The notes beneath the pieces were generated by a model, which worked only from the letters and a program-made list of their open reading frames with translations, was not told the DNA's origin and searched no databases. From Blastocladiella emersonii ATCC 22665 (taxonomy: Eukaryota > Fungi > Blastocladiomycota), in assembly GCA_025594325.1 (NCBI GenBank), contig JANHCV010000003.1, positions 1,426,001-1,490,000 on the forward strand: a stretch of 64,000 nucleotides of DNA, read 5' to 3'. Shown here in pieces: positions 52,001-61,373 of the stretch. Every line of letters starts with the position of its first letter. The first letter of the stretch is position 1. The translations under genes and the position numbers were made by a program.

Positions 52001-52310
52001 TGCTCCGGCTGTCGACCTGATCTATTCGCGCCTTATCGACCCGAAACCCATGCACGATGGTACCGTCAAGGCGTTCAGCATCATTGGGCGGCAGCGAATG
52101 GGAGACGCCAGCCTCATGGTAGATCTCTGGGACTACTCGGACGTGACGAAGAAGCATCCCATGCCGGGGTCGAGTCTTGCATCTGTTGCTGCGGGGCAAG
52201 GCGAGCAGAGTAGCACCAACTCGGACGAGCTCCTCGCTTTCCCTCACCCCGAGGAGGAAATCATTGAAATCGAGTTGTCTGGGCTCGACAAGGATAGCGA
52301 CGAATTTTAA
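49031..52310 (+). CDS. Academ-type (DUF6589-like) DDE transposase; introns ~50008-50325 (uncertain), 51146-51215, 51371-51436
   Basis: Motifs in order: LGMMLDYLSGASRAVIKILNKL, VIAMDNVN, IFGDDGT, SDWHTMFN and PIDHHVEEHVRVVK, matching the DN.N / GD / xxH / D..xE pattern I recall for Academ transposases. The two 3' introns have canonical GTACG...AG ends and restore the frame. Confidence 0.78.
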
Positions 52311-52515
52311 GAGCAATACATATGAATTTTCCATCGTTCCGCGGACGCGCGCGCCTCGGCGAGTGAAGTGAGAAGTGTCTCGCAGCAGTCACGTGTTTGA
52401 TCGACGCGTCTCGCACGCGCACGAACCGAGACACTCGGTCGCAAAAATTAACTCAAACTCGACGAATCAAGAATAAATGATGATAGAAGCCTTTTATTTG
52501 GGCTAGATGCATGGC

Positions 52516-55261
52516 TCACGCGCCAGGTGGCGCGGGATGGTGGTGCTGGGTTGCTTGGTCCGCGGCAGCGCCGTGCGTAAACGGCGGCGCTTGAGCTTGA
52601 GTATTGCCGATCGGAGTTTGCTGAGGAGTAGCAACGTTGATCCCGTGCACGACGGACAAGTACCGAGCCATTGCGGGCGAAAAGTCGATGGCGGGGAAGC
52701 GAGGAGTTGGCGGGGGAGACGTCGGATAGCCAGAACTAGCCGAAATATACGGAGCTGGAGCTGAGGCAGGATGGGGAGCTGCGAATTGTTGAGGATACGG
52801 ATGGGCGGGAAGCGTGCCTGCATGAGAAGGAATCCAGGTCGCAGAGGGTGCAGCTTGAGGAAGCGGGATGTTCGTGGGAGCAAAGTGGGGCGCGTATCCT
52901 GGAGCTGGAGCGGGGTTTGAGACTGCGGGCGACAGTGACGGCGGCGTGGAGAGTGGAACTGGCACCGATAGTTGCGGCTCAGGAGCAATCGGATCGTCAA
53001 CATCCATGCGGTCGACGACCTGGGTCGCTTTAGGCTGGGCTTTGCCTCCCCGCTTGCCCTTGCCCGTTCGCGTGGTCGGCTGCGTTGTTGCAACCTCGGT
53101 TGGCTGTGATGTAGCAGCCTTTTTGGTGGCCTTCTTAGGCACGACCTTGGGCAACGCCCCGGTGTAAGCCAGCCGAATGCGCTCGAGAAGGCGTCCCACA
53201 TGGTCAGGTACGAAAAGCGAAGAATCTGGAGTCAAATAGTCGCGGGTCAGGATATCTGCATCAAACGCGGGATTCACGACGGCCAGGACATGCGCATTGG
53301 CGGTTATCCGTTCCAGTTCCTTGTCCGACAAAAAGTCGGCGACATTAAACATGTTGAGACCGTTGCAGTCGGACAACTCAATGCCAAGCTCGTTTGTCAG
53401 GTCAACGATGCTCGAAAAGAAATGGCGGAGCGATTCCAACCCCTTGAGCTTTCGCCCAGCCACTCGAGAACGAGGAGCCTTTGGTTTTGGTGCAGGGGCG
53501 GATGATGGAGGTGGAGGAAGCGAATCGAACGAGCGATGCAGAGCATCTTCGCTTGCAACATGGAAGTTGTAAATCGGAGATATGCGCGGATGGCCATGGG
53601 TCGAGCAGCAAATGTTCGGGTCAAGATGATCGCTGGACGGAACTCCATTGATCATTTCAAGCAAGACGGAACGTGCGCAAACAGGGGAGCTCTCGCTGGA
53701 GTTAGAAGGTTGCTCAAGATCCAGAGGCAGAGCGGGAGCAGAAACCGCAAGATCAGAGGCAACTGCATCCGCGGGCTCAGAGACAAGATGCGCGGGCTCA
53801 GACTCGAGGTTTGGACGCTTCTTTGGTGGCGGGGCGTCCTCGTTTGGAGCGCCGATGCCATGGCCCTGGAAGAAGGCGTCAACAACAAAGTCCATCGGTT
53901 TGTTGCTGGTTGAAGTAGAGGAGCTGACCGCTGGCGGGGCTGCACTAGCCGCGCTGCGAGCAGCATAGTACATGATGAACTCGGCCGGGTTTCCATCGCG
54001 GCCTGCGCGGCCCATGATCTGCATCGCCTCCTCCCCGGATGGCGTATTACCGATCGAAACGACACAGCGGACGTTGGGAACATGGACACCGGTGCCAAAC
54101 GCGTGCGTTGAGAAAAGAATTCGCGGTTGAACATGCTCAACGTTGCTTGTCATGTCGTTGTACACCGATTCGTGGTGCGCGGAATTGAGATCGCCGTGGT
54201 AATGCGCGAAAAGCGGGGCCGCGGTCGGGTTCAGCGCACACATGTAGCCGTAGAAGGCAACGACAAGTAACGGTTCGTACAAGTACACGAGAATGCGCGG
54301 TTTGCTGGCCGCGTTCGCAGGGTTGAGAGACATGACGTAGTCGCGCAGCCACTCGTAATGCTACGCGCGACTCAGTGGTCAGTGAATGAGCGATGCGTTG
54401 CGATGTCGCGCAGACGCATACGTAAGAGCCCGGATCCCGAATGGTCGTCGCATGCTTGGAGCGGACGAGACGAATGTAAATCTCGGGGCGGTCAAGCGGA
54501 CCGCGAACAAGCACGTAATCGTCACTGCCAAACTAAAGCTGAGTTCGAGTGATGTTGTGCTCCAGCTTTTTCCCAAGAGTGGCCGACATGATGAGTACAG
54601 GCGCATTGGGGAACAGCGAGCGGGCCTTGAACAGTTGCTTGCACTCGGGCCGGAACTGCGAGGTAGAATCGCCCCTAGTGAGCGAGAAGAACGTTCAGCA
54701 TCGTGTTCATCGTGCCGATGCGTTCCGAACGACGAGAACGCAGGCTCAGACTGCGTACCAGATCGCGAAGAGGTGCGCCTCATCAAGGACGATGAGGCCC
54801 ACGCGAGTGGCGGGTCGCTCCGAGATCCAAGCGGCGTGGAAACTGTTCACGTAGTACTCGGGCGTCATGAAGGCAATCCGGACCTCACCATTAAACAGTC
54901 GAGCCAGGGACGTCGCACGGTCGCTCGGTGCAACGTCCGAGTGAAACGATGCAGCCTCGATGCCCTTCGCGCGCGTCTGACTCAGCTGATCTCGAAGAAG
55001 CGAGCGGTAAGGGGACAAGACCACGACGATCTCTCCATCAAGCAGCTGCGCCATCGCGTGGAAGATGAGCGACTTGCCGAACCCGGTCCGCGCAGTGAGG
55101 ACCACGCTACGGCCCTCGAGCAGGTGCGAGAGAACCTGCTCCTGCTCGAGTCGAGGTTCGTCGATACCCAGCGAGAGGACGGTCTCGACTATCTGGTCAT
55201 GGTGCGGGAGCAGGCCCTCCGGTCGGGCCTGCGCCGCGGATTCCATTGCATTAGCTGACAT
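52516..55261 (-). pseudogene. RecQ-like SF2 helicase of the element, with an in-frame TAG at 54533-54535; introns 54675-54758 and 54361-54421
   Basis: ARTGFGKS (I), VLSPYRSLLRDQ (Ia), TPE, LDEAH (II), spliced WGDSTSQFRPE, IMSAT (III), STHAFGTGVH (V), QIMGRAGRDG (VI), Cys cluster CARSVLL...ICCSTH and a Pro-rich tail. The start codon could alternatively be ~55466. Confidence 0.88.
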
Positions 55262-55687
55262 GGCAGTGCGATAGAGTGCGTTTCGACTTTCATGATGCAG
55301 TAGGAGAGCGGGAGGAGACGGGCGAAGTGGGCGGGGCAGTCGGGCGAGCATCGACGCAGCGGGCCCGACCCTAGCCGAATTATCTCTCGCGACTCCCGCG
55401 AGTCCCGCGCGGGACTTGACCCCTTGCAACTGACATGGATCGATAGGTTGCATCGAGTACTCCATTTTATTAGTGTACGCCAAGGGCGATAGGTCAGGCG
55501 GTTGGGGAGCTAGAGCGCGATCAGAGCGCGCGGGGGGGGGGGGGGTTTCGGGCGCGCGAAAGCACAGGCGAGGCGTGGCGCCACGCAAACTGCTACCAGA
55601 CTCCAGCACCGTCGATCCGAACGAGCGCCCGCGGGTCACGCGGCGGCGATTGACTTGACAACGCCTCGAAGGTCACGTTGCCCTGGA

Positions 55688-55713
55688 GTCTGGCACCGAG
55701 ACTAGAAGCGACC
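55688..55713 (-). repeat. Right TIR and right TSD of the AcademH element
   Basis: gtctggcaccgagacta|gaagcgacc. Confidence 0.95.
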
Positions 55714-56699
55714 GTCGTCGTTGGCTTCCTTGGCCGTTCCTCTCACGGCTCACCACCACTCGCCATGAATCTGATGAACGAGTCGATGCAACGGACATGG
55801 AATCACGCGATGACGCTGACTTGCTGCATTATGGCCCTCACGCTTCCAAGTGCTTCTCAGTGGGTCGGCCGAACCGCACTGCACTTCACCCGCTTGAACG
55901 AAGCTAGCGGGCGGATCCTCGACCCTCTCTCATGGTCGACCCGAATAGAATCGACCCGACGGCGATGACTTGCCGTTGATACATCAGACAGACGTGCGTC
56001 TCGAGCGGCCGACTTGGTGCTTGGTGCGGCTGCCGCTCCAGAACGATTTCCAAATCCATCTTGCCCGATGTCCTTCGTGAGTCTCGAAGTTATTCCCAAA
56101 CTACTTGACTCGGACTGCAGCAAAGATTTCGACACAGTCGATGAGAACCTAATGGCCTGTTTCGATCAGCGCGCAGTCCGTGCTGATGTGCTTGTTGCAT
56201 CAGCCGGTGTCGCCGCTCTTGATGCAAAGTTGTCGATGATCCCCGAGGTATGGGCGGGTTGGCTGCCAGCGCGGAATCGATGTTTAAACGTACCTGGCTA
56301 CGCCATGGCCGCGACCAGGCCGAAATCTGGGCTCAAGGACACGCATTACACGTGTTCGTTCATTTTAGGAGAGGGCAACCAAGCAGCGGGCGAGTCGACT
56401 GCACAAATGGAGATTTTACATATTGGCTCATGCATGCCGAGAGCGCAGTGCAATGAAGGACGCGGTTGCACTGGGCGTTGGCGTCCTGTGAGAGCTGCGC
56501 TTCATGCACAACATAATGCAGCAAGTCAAGTTCATCGCGTGATTACATGGTCGTTGCATCGACTCGTTCATCAGATTCATGGCGAGTGGTGGTGAGCCGT
56601 GAGAGGAACGGCCAAGGAAGCCAACGACGACGGTCGCTTCCCGGTGCGAACGAAGCTGTCTCCGCCGCGTCACTACTCCTCGGCTAGCACGCTACTCCG

Positions 56700-57340
56700 G
56701 GGTCGAGTACCGAAGCGGCCAAGACAAGGCTCCGAGCAGTGACGATGGCGAGTCGTACAATTAGGACGAGTCGCTCATGGCCGTCGAGGAGAACGCCGCC
56801 TTTCAGCCAGCACCCGCCACTAAGTCGCCCAAGGTCTCGTCGCAGCTCGAGTCGCAGCGGCAGGAGCCCATGGACGCCTTCGACCTGCTCAGCGCCCTCT
56901 TTGGCCGCCCCGACTCGCCCCGCTCGTACACCTCCCGCGCTGACCGCGACCGCCCTCATCACCCTGCCGCCGCTCAGCGCCAGCACGCGGCCGCCATCGC
57001 CGCCGCGCGCGAGCGGGAAGAAACGGAACGTCGCCGCCGTCGCCAGCGCGCCATGGAGCTCGCGGCCGCGCAGGAGCGCGAGCGCCAGTACGCCGAGTAT
57101 CTCCGCGAGCTCGAGCGCCAGCGCCGCCGCGAACAGCAGCAGCTCGAACGCGAGCGCGAGGAGCGCGAGTACCGCCGTGCCCTGACCGCCGAGCGCCACC
57201 GTCGCCAGCAACAGCGCGAGGCCGCGGCTATTGAAATGATGATGGACCCGTTCGCGGCCATGTGCCGCGGGAGCAGCTACCGCCGCCAGCGCGCGGCGCC
57301 GGTCCAGTATGTTTCGACGATGCCTGCATGGGCGTGGTAA
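56700..57340 (+). pseudogene. 5'-truncated paralog of the PB1 gene (C-terminal half only)
   Basis: Co-linear with ~37780-38395 (RADRDRPHHPA, QRAMELAAAQERERQYAEY, EREREEREYRRALTAER, ..WAW stop). No PB1 domain. In-frame TAG at 56762-56764 just before ATG 56777. Confidence 0.75.
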
Positions 57341-57755
57341 GCTATGGATACATGACCGCTTGAATTGCATAAATCTTTTCTCGATCTTGAGGGTTGTGAC
57401 AAGTGGAGGCGTATCGGGAAAAAGAGTGGCGCGGGGCGGAAAAACGCTTTTTTTTTTTTGAAAATTCGCCCAGGTGTATTCACCTGCAGGGGCGGGAAAA
57501 CGCGTCTCGCACTCGTGTCTCACACCGCTCACGTGTTTGATCGTCGCGTGAGACAACTCTTTCGAAGTAGCCCCTCCCGGCTCGCTTCGCTCGTCGCTTC
57601 GACACGTCGCGTAAGACGCACACTCGGAAAAAATGCCTAGGCGAAGAAGTTGTTGATTCCCAAAGTGGGATCGGCTCGACGTGCTCAACTAACGCGACGG
57701 TGCCGTGTAAAACTAAACCAGTATATCCATCACAAACTAAGCTCAAACCACAAGA

Positions 57756-59207
57756 CTAGGCCGAGCAAACACCCTTGGGGTTCTTGATAGCGCGCTGGAA
57801 CCCAGGCATGGAGACGAGCGAGCCCGTGTTAGCCGTGCCCGCCGCGCCAGAGTAGCACCCGCCGTTCGTGTGGATCGCGACAGCCACGTCGCCAACGAGC
57901 ACAGGACTTCCGCTGCATCCACCCATAGCATCAATACGATGGCGAACGTGGAAGCGGTTCGGGAACGACACGATCTTCCCGTCGGCCTGCTGCTGGACCG
58001 ACGACAGGTGCTTGCGCGCCTCGTCCGAGACGAACCCGTAGCCGTAGATGCGCGCCGTGTCGCCGATCTTGACCTGGTTAGGGGCGAGGTCGCCCGACGC
58101 GGGGTTGACGGTGGCCAGCGTGTACGCCTTGTTGCCGATCGTCTCGCGGTGCGTCATGCCCGTGTTGGGGTTCGGGAACGTGCCGAAATACGCCCAGTCC
58201 TCGGCCTGCTCGCCAATGTAGAGGTCGGTCAGGTTGAACTGGACCGAGGCCGGGTCGACGGCGAACTGGGACTTGGGGTGCGGGTGGCGCTTGATGGACG
58301 TCTTCTGGCCCTCGTACATGACGACGGCCGACTGCGGCACGTTGATCTCGATGATCTGATCCTCGAGCACCTTGCCCTTGAAGCAGTGGCCCGCCGTGAC
58401 GTGGCACCCGCGCTTGTCCGTGATGGTCCACGCCGTGCAACCCACCGAAAACATTCGCACCGTCCGCTGGTCCGAAGAAGCTTTGCGCGTGTCGGCGGCC
58501 GTGCACAGCGACGCGGGCGGTGGCAGCTGCGTCTTGTCGGACCCGTACCCGGACTCGGTGTTGACCTCGAGCTGCGACACGACGATCGATGGCTTCTCGC
58601 TGGCCGCCGCCGCGGGGTCGGCGAGCAGCTCGACCTTGACCTTGCCGCCGTTGAAGACCGCCGACCGGAAGTTCCACTGCTTGATGGTTTCGGCATTGAG
58701 GTACTGCACGCCCTCGTCGGCGAGCGACGTGAGCCTCAGGATGTCGCCCGGCAGGTTCTCGCCGAACCCCTTGGCCGCGGCCGGGTTCGCGCGAAGCTTG
58801 GTCTTGCCCGCGTCAAAGTGCAGGCGCGACCACACAATGTGCTTGGCGCCGGGCTGCACCTGCGTCACGTCGATGACCTGCTTGAACACGACGAGCTTGC
58901 CGTTGCGCGGAGCGGGCGCGGGCGCGGCGGACGGCGGCGTGGCGGGGGCCTTGGGCGTGGTGGGCGGGCGGCGCTGTCCGGGGAAAACGACCTTGCGGTT
59001 GTTGATGGGCGCCGTCGGGCGGCGAGCCGGGCCGGGGAAGACCCACTCGAGGTCGGTCTTGCCAAACGACACGTTGATGAACTTGCGCGCGTCCGGGGGC
59101 AGGATGAGCGGCGACGCGGCCCTGGCGGCCGGCGCAGCGTGCACACTCGCCAGGCCGACGAGGGCGAGGGTCGCGGCGGCGAGGAAGACGGCGGACAATT
59201 TGGCCAT
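57756..59207 (-). CDS. Secreted trypsin-like (PA clan) serine protease with N-terminal beta-rich pro/CUB-like domain; intronless
   Basis: Signal peptide MAKLSAVFLAAATLALVGLASVHAA. Catalytic motifs VTAGHCF (His), EDWAYF (Asp) and DAMGGCSGSPV (Ser). N-domain WSRLHF...LRLTSL..EGVQYL..W..SAVFNGGKVKVEL. TATATA at 59328-59333. Confidence 0.88.
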   Translation of the reverse strand: MAKLSAVFLAAATLALVGLASVHAAPAARAASPLILPPDARKFINVSFGKTDLEWVFPGPARRPTAPINNRKVVFPGQRRPPTTPKAPATPPSAAPAPAPRNGKLVVFKQVIDVTQVQPGAKHIVWSRLHFDAGKTKLRANPAAAKGFGENLPGDILRLTSLADEGVQYLNAETIKQWNFRSAVFNGGKVKVELLADPAAAASEKPSIVVSQLEVNTESGYGSDKTQLPPPASLCTAADTRKASSDQRTVRMFSVGCTAWTITDKRGCHVTAGHCFKGKVLEDQIIEINVPQSAVVMYEGQKTSIKRHPHPKSQFAVDPASVQFNLTDLYIGEQAEDWAYFGTFPNPNTGMTHRETIGNKAYTLATVNPASGDLAPNQVKIGDTARIYGYGFVSDEARKHLSSVQQQADGKIVSFPNRFHVRHRIDAMGGCSGSPVLVGDVAVAIHTNGGCYSGAAGTANTGSLVSMPGFQRAIKNPKGVCSA

Positions 59208-61373
59208 GATTGGTGATGATGGTCGTCTAGTGAAGTCGGATCTCCTGTCTACGGTGGCAGGTCTAGGCAGCTCGGCGAGGGACACGTTGCAATTCAGACT
59301 CCGATCTCATGCCGCGGGAGCTCGCCCTATATACTCGGTTGCTGCGAGCGAGGCCCCACGGACTTCCTGCATGATGAAACGAGCGACGCGACGCTTACGA
59401 GGGCTCGCGGACGAACATTTGTTTCGATTGGTCGCAGGCTGGAACGCGACCGCGGGGCTGCAACGTGAAAGCAGGCTTCCGCTCTGGCGACCTCGTAGCT
59501 CGTTCGCTCAATGAAACGCGTTGCACTTGCACCGTTTTCGTTACGGACGAAGCGTCGTGTTCTATTTATTCGAGACAGATGGTGCCCAGCCGCGACGGGC
59601 CACGACTCGAGCGAGCTGTTATGTTTCCACCTCGCCGCGAACGTACTTGCCGCGGGACCCTACCACGACATTTTCAGTTGGAATCACTGTCCCGTACATT
59701 AGAAACATCTTCATGCTCTCGCGGTTCAAGAGGTCGGGCGGCTAGTCAGCGATGTACTTTACAGGCGACGTGATGGGAAGCCTGATCGTTTTGTCCTCGC
59801 TGGGCAACCACACGCCTCGCTCTTCTTGGAGCTTGCGCGCTCTGCTTTGAATTTTTATGGACGTCAATCAAGCTGGAAGTCGACACAAGTGGGCGATGGA
59901 CTGAAGGAAGTTGAGGCGGACGCGGAGAATCATTCAGATGGTCGCACCACTTGAAGAGGCGCAGGTTCGTGCTGTCGCGGACCTGCGTGTATCCTCGCCC
60001 GTTCGTTTCACATACTTGGAGTAAGCAAGGAAGTGCGAGTGCGAGCGGAACCGAAGAGGGCAGGGCTCCGAGCGATCGGGACCTTGCTCCACATCATCGA
60101 CCAGCAACTCGCTTGACATGGACGGTCAAGGCTCAGATTCACATGCACGAGGTCCTTCAATGTCCCTCTTATCGAGCTGACGTGGTTAACGTCGTCGTGA
60201 AGCGCGAGGCTCGACTGGAACCCGTGAGTTCCCTGCGAGGTGCGGTGTGGTAGAGGTGGCGCAGCGCGTCCTCCGTCCGCCGCCCGCGAGCGGGATTTTT
60301 CACACCCAGCCTCTCCGCGCGCGGCTGGAAGGTCGAGCAGATCCGGCGGGATCGAGCACGAGGAAGATGAGCGGAAAAAAACCAGCCGAGCTCAGATACG
60401 AGAGCGTAAAAGTCATTTGGCGACCAGTCATTATGCGAGGATCGTGCCGGGCAAACGGGAGCGATCCGCGACCCCCGCGATGGCGCAGTTGGGTGCAAGC
60501 GTCCTTGTTGAAGTGTGGCAAGGGCCCGGCCCGTCGGAGCAGATTCTCGCGATGCATGGATCGTTATGATGATCATGACGAAGGCGGCGGTGATGATGTA
60601 CTGTATGGCAGGCTCGGCAAAAGGTCTGGGTCGGGGATGGCGAGAACAAGGGCGTTGCGCGGGTGGGTCCGCAGCGGCAGCACACGCGCGTGGGCCACCT
60701 CACGCCGGCCGCGAGCGTGCCGCGTCCGCGTCGGCGGCGAGGAGACAGGGGTGGTGGTGCGCGCTGCGACCGCGTCGAGTTGAACGAGGAGAGAAAATTC
60801 GAGAGCAGCGAGGGTCAGCGACCGCGTGCCAGCCATCCGACTTGTCGGACCCTGCCGGTGGCGGCGGCGCGGGGGCCCTTGTTCTTGGTCGTGGTCGTGT
60901 CTGCTCCGCTGCCGCCGCCGCCCGCGCCGTGATCGTCCTCATCCTCCGCCCTTGTTCTCCTGCCGATCGCTTGCAACAACGGCGCCGCACTCGTCGCCCC
61001 CCGTCCCGTCAACGTGCTACCTCCTCCCGCCCTGCCTCTTGCCGCGCCGGCAACCTTGTTCTTCTTCCTCTCCCCCCGCACCGTCGAACGCGAGTCTCCT
61101 CCTCCATCCAGTCCATGCGCTGCATCCGCCGTTGCTCCTTCTCCTTCTCCTCCTCCCGCTGCAGCAGTATCGACCTCGCCTAGCACGGGCGACCGAGAAG
61201 AGAGAGAGAACGCACGAAGCCGCGAGAGCCGCGCCGTGGAGCCAAGCAACCGACCGCATCGCATCGCACGCGTGCTACGCTTCGCCATCGCCATCCGCCT
61301 CGCCCGCCCGATTCCAATCAGCAGCACCTGCGCCTGCGCCTGCAGCTGCGTGCACCATCGCCCACCGCCGACT

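Larger units (their letters stand above)
48366..55704. mobile_element. AcademH-type DNA transposon (7,339 bp): transposase + RecQ-like helicase, 17-bp TIRs, 9-bp TSD
   Basis: TIR TAGTCTCGGTGCCAGAC (48366-48382) and its exact reverse complement (55688-55704). Direct repeat GAAGCGACC at 48357-48365 and 55705-55713. Two convergent intron-containing genes, with composition distinct from host genes. Confidence 0.92.
48323..56674. mobile_element. Older MITE-like element (~1.0 kb when uninterrupted; ~163-bp TIRs) whose left TIR is split by the AcademH insertion
   Basis: 48323-48365 joined to 55714-55833 reconstitutes the reverse complement of 56512-56674 (agtgacgcggcggag.cagcttc.tt.gc.ccgggaagcgaccgtcgtcgttggcttcc...), with a few mismatches. 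Confidence 0.85.

Noticed and set aside
52516-55261. Calling the helicase the host RecQ/SGS1 gene
   Set aside because: It lies within TIRs and a TSD beside a transposase, has non-host composition, shows no recognisable HRDC domain and carries a nonsense codon.
48366-55704. Helitron or other helicase-bearing element
   Set aside because: The helicase is SF2 RecQ-like rather than PIF1/SF1, there is no HUH Rep motif, and TIRs with a 9-bp TSD are present.
56014-56595. 193-aa ORF inside MITE2 with TVDENLMACF, faintly like a piggyBac catalytic motif
   Set aside because: Only a short match. There is no TTAA TSD, no piggyBac-type termini and no other catalytic motifs.
59300-61370. ORFs between the protease and the U-box gene, including the N-terminal extension of ORF 61014-62084
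   Set aside because: Promoter/UTR-like pyrimidine-rich tracts. The likely real start is ATG 61374.
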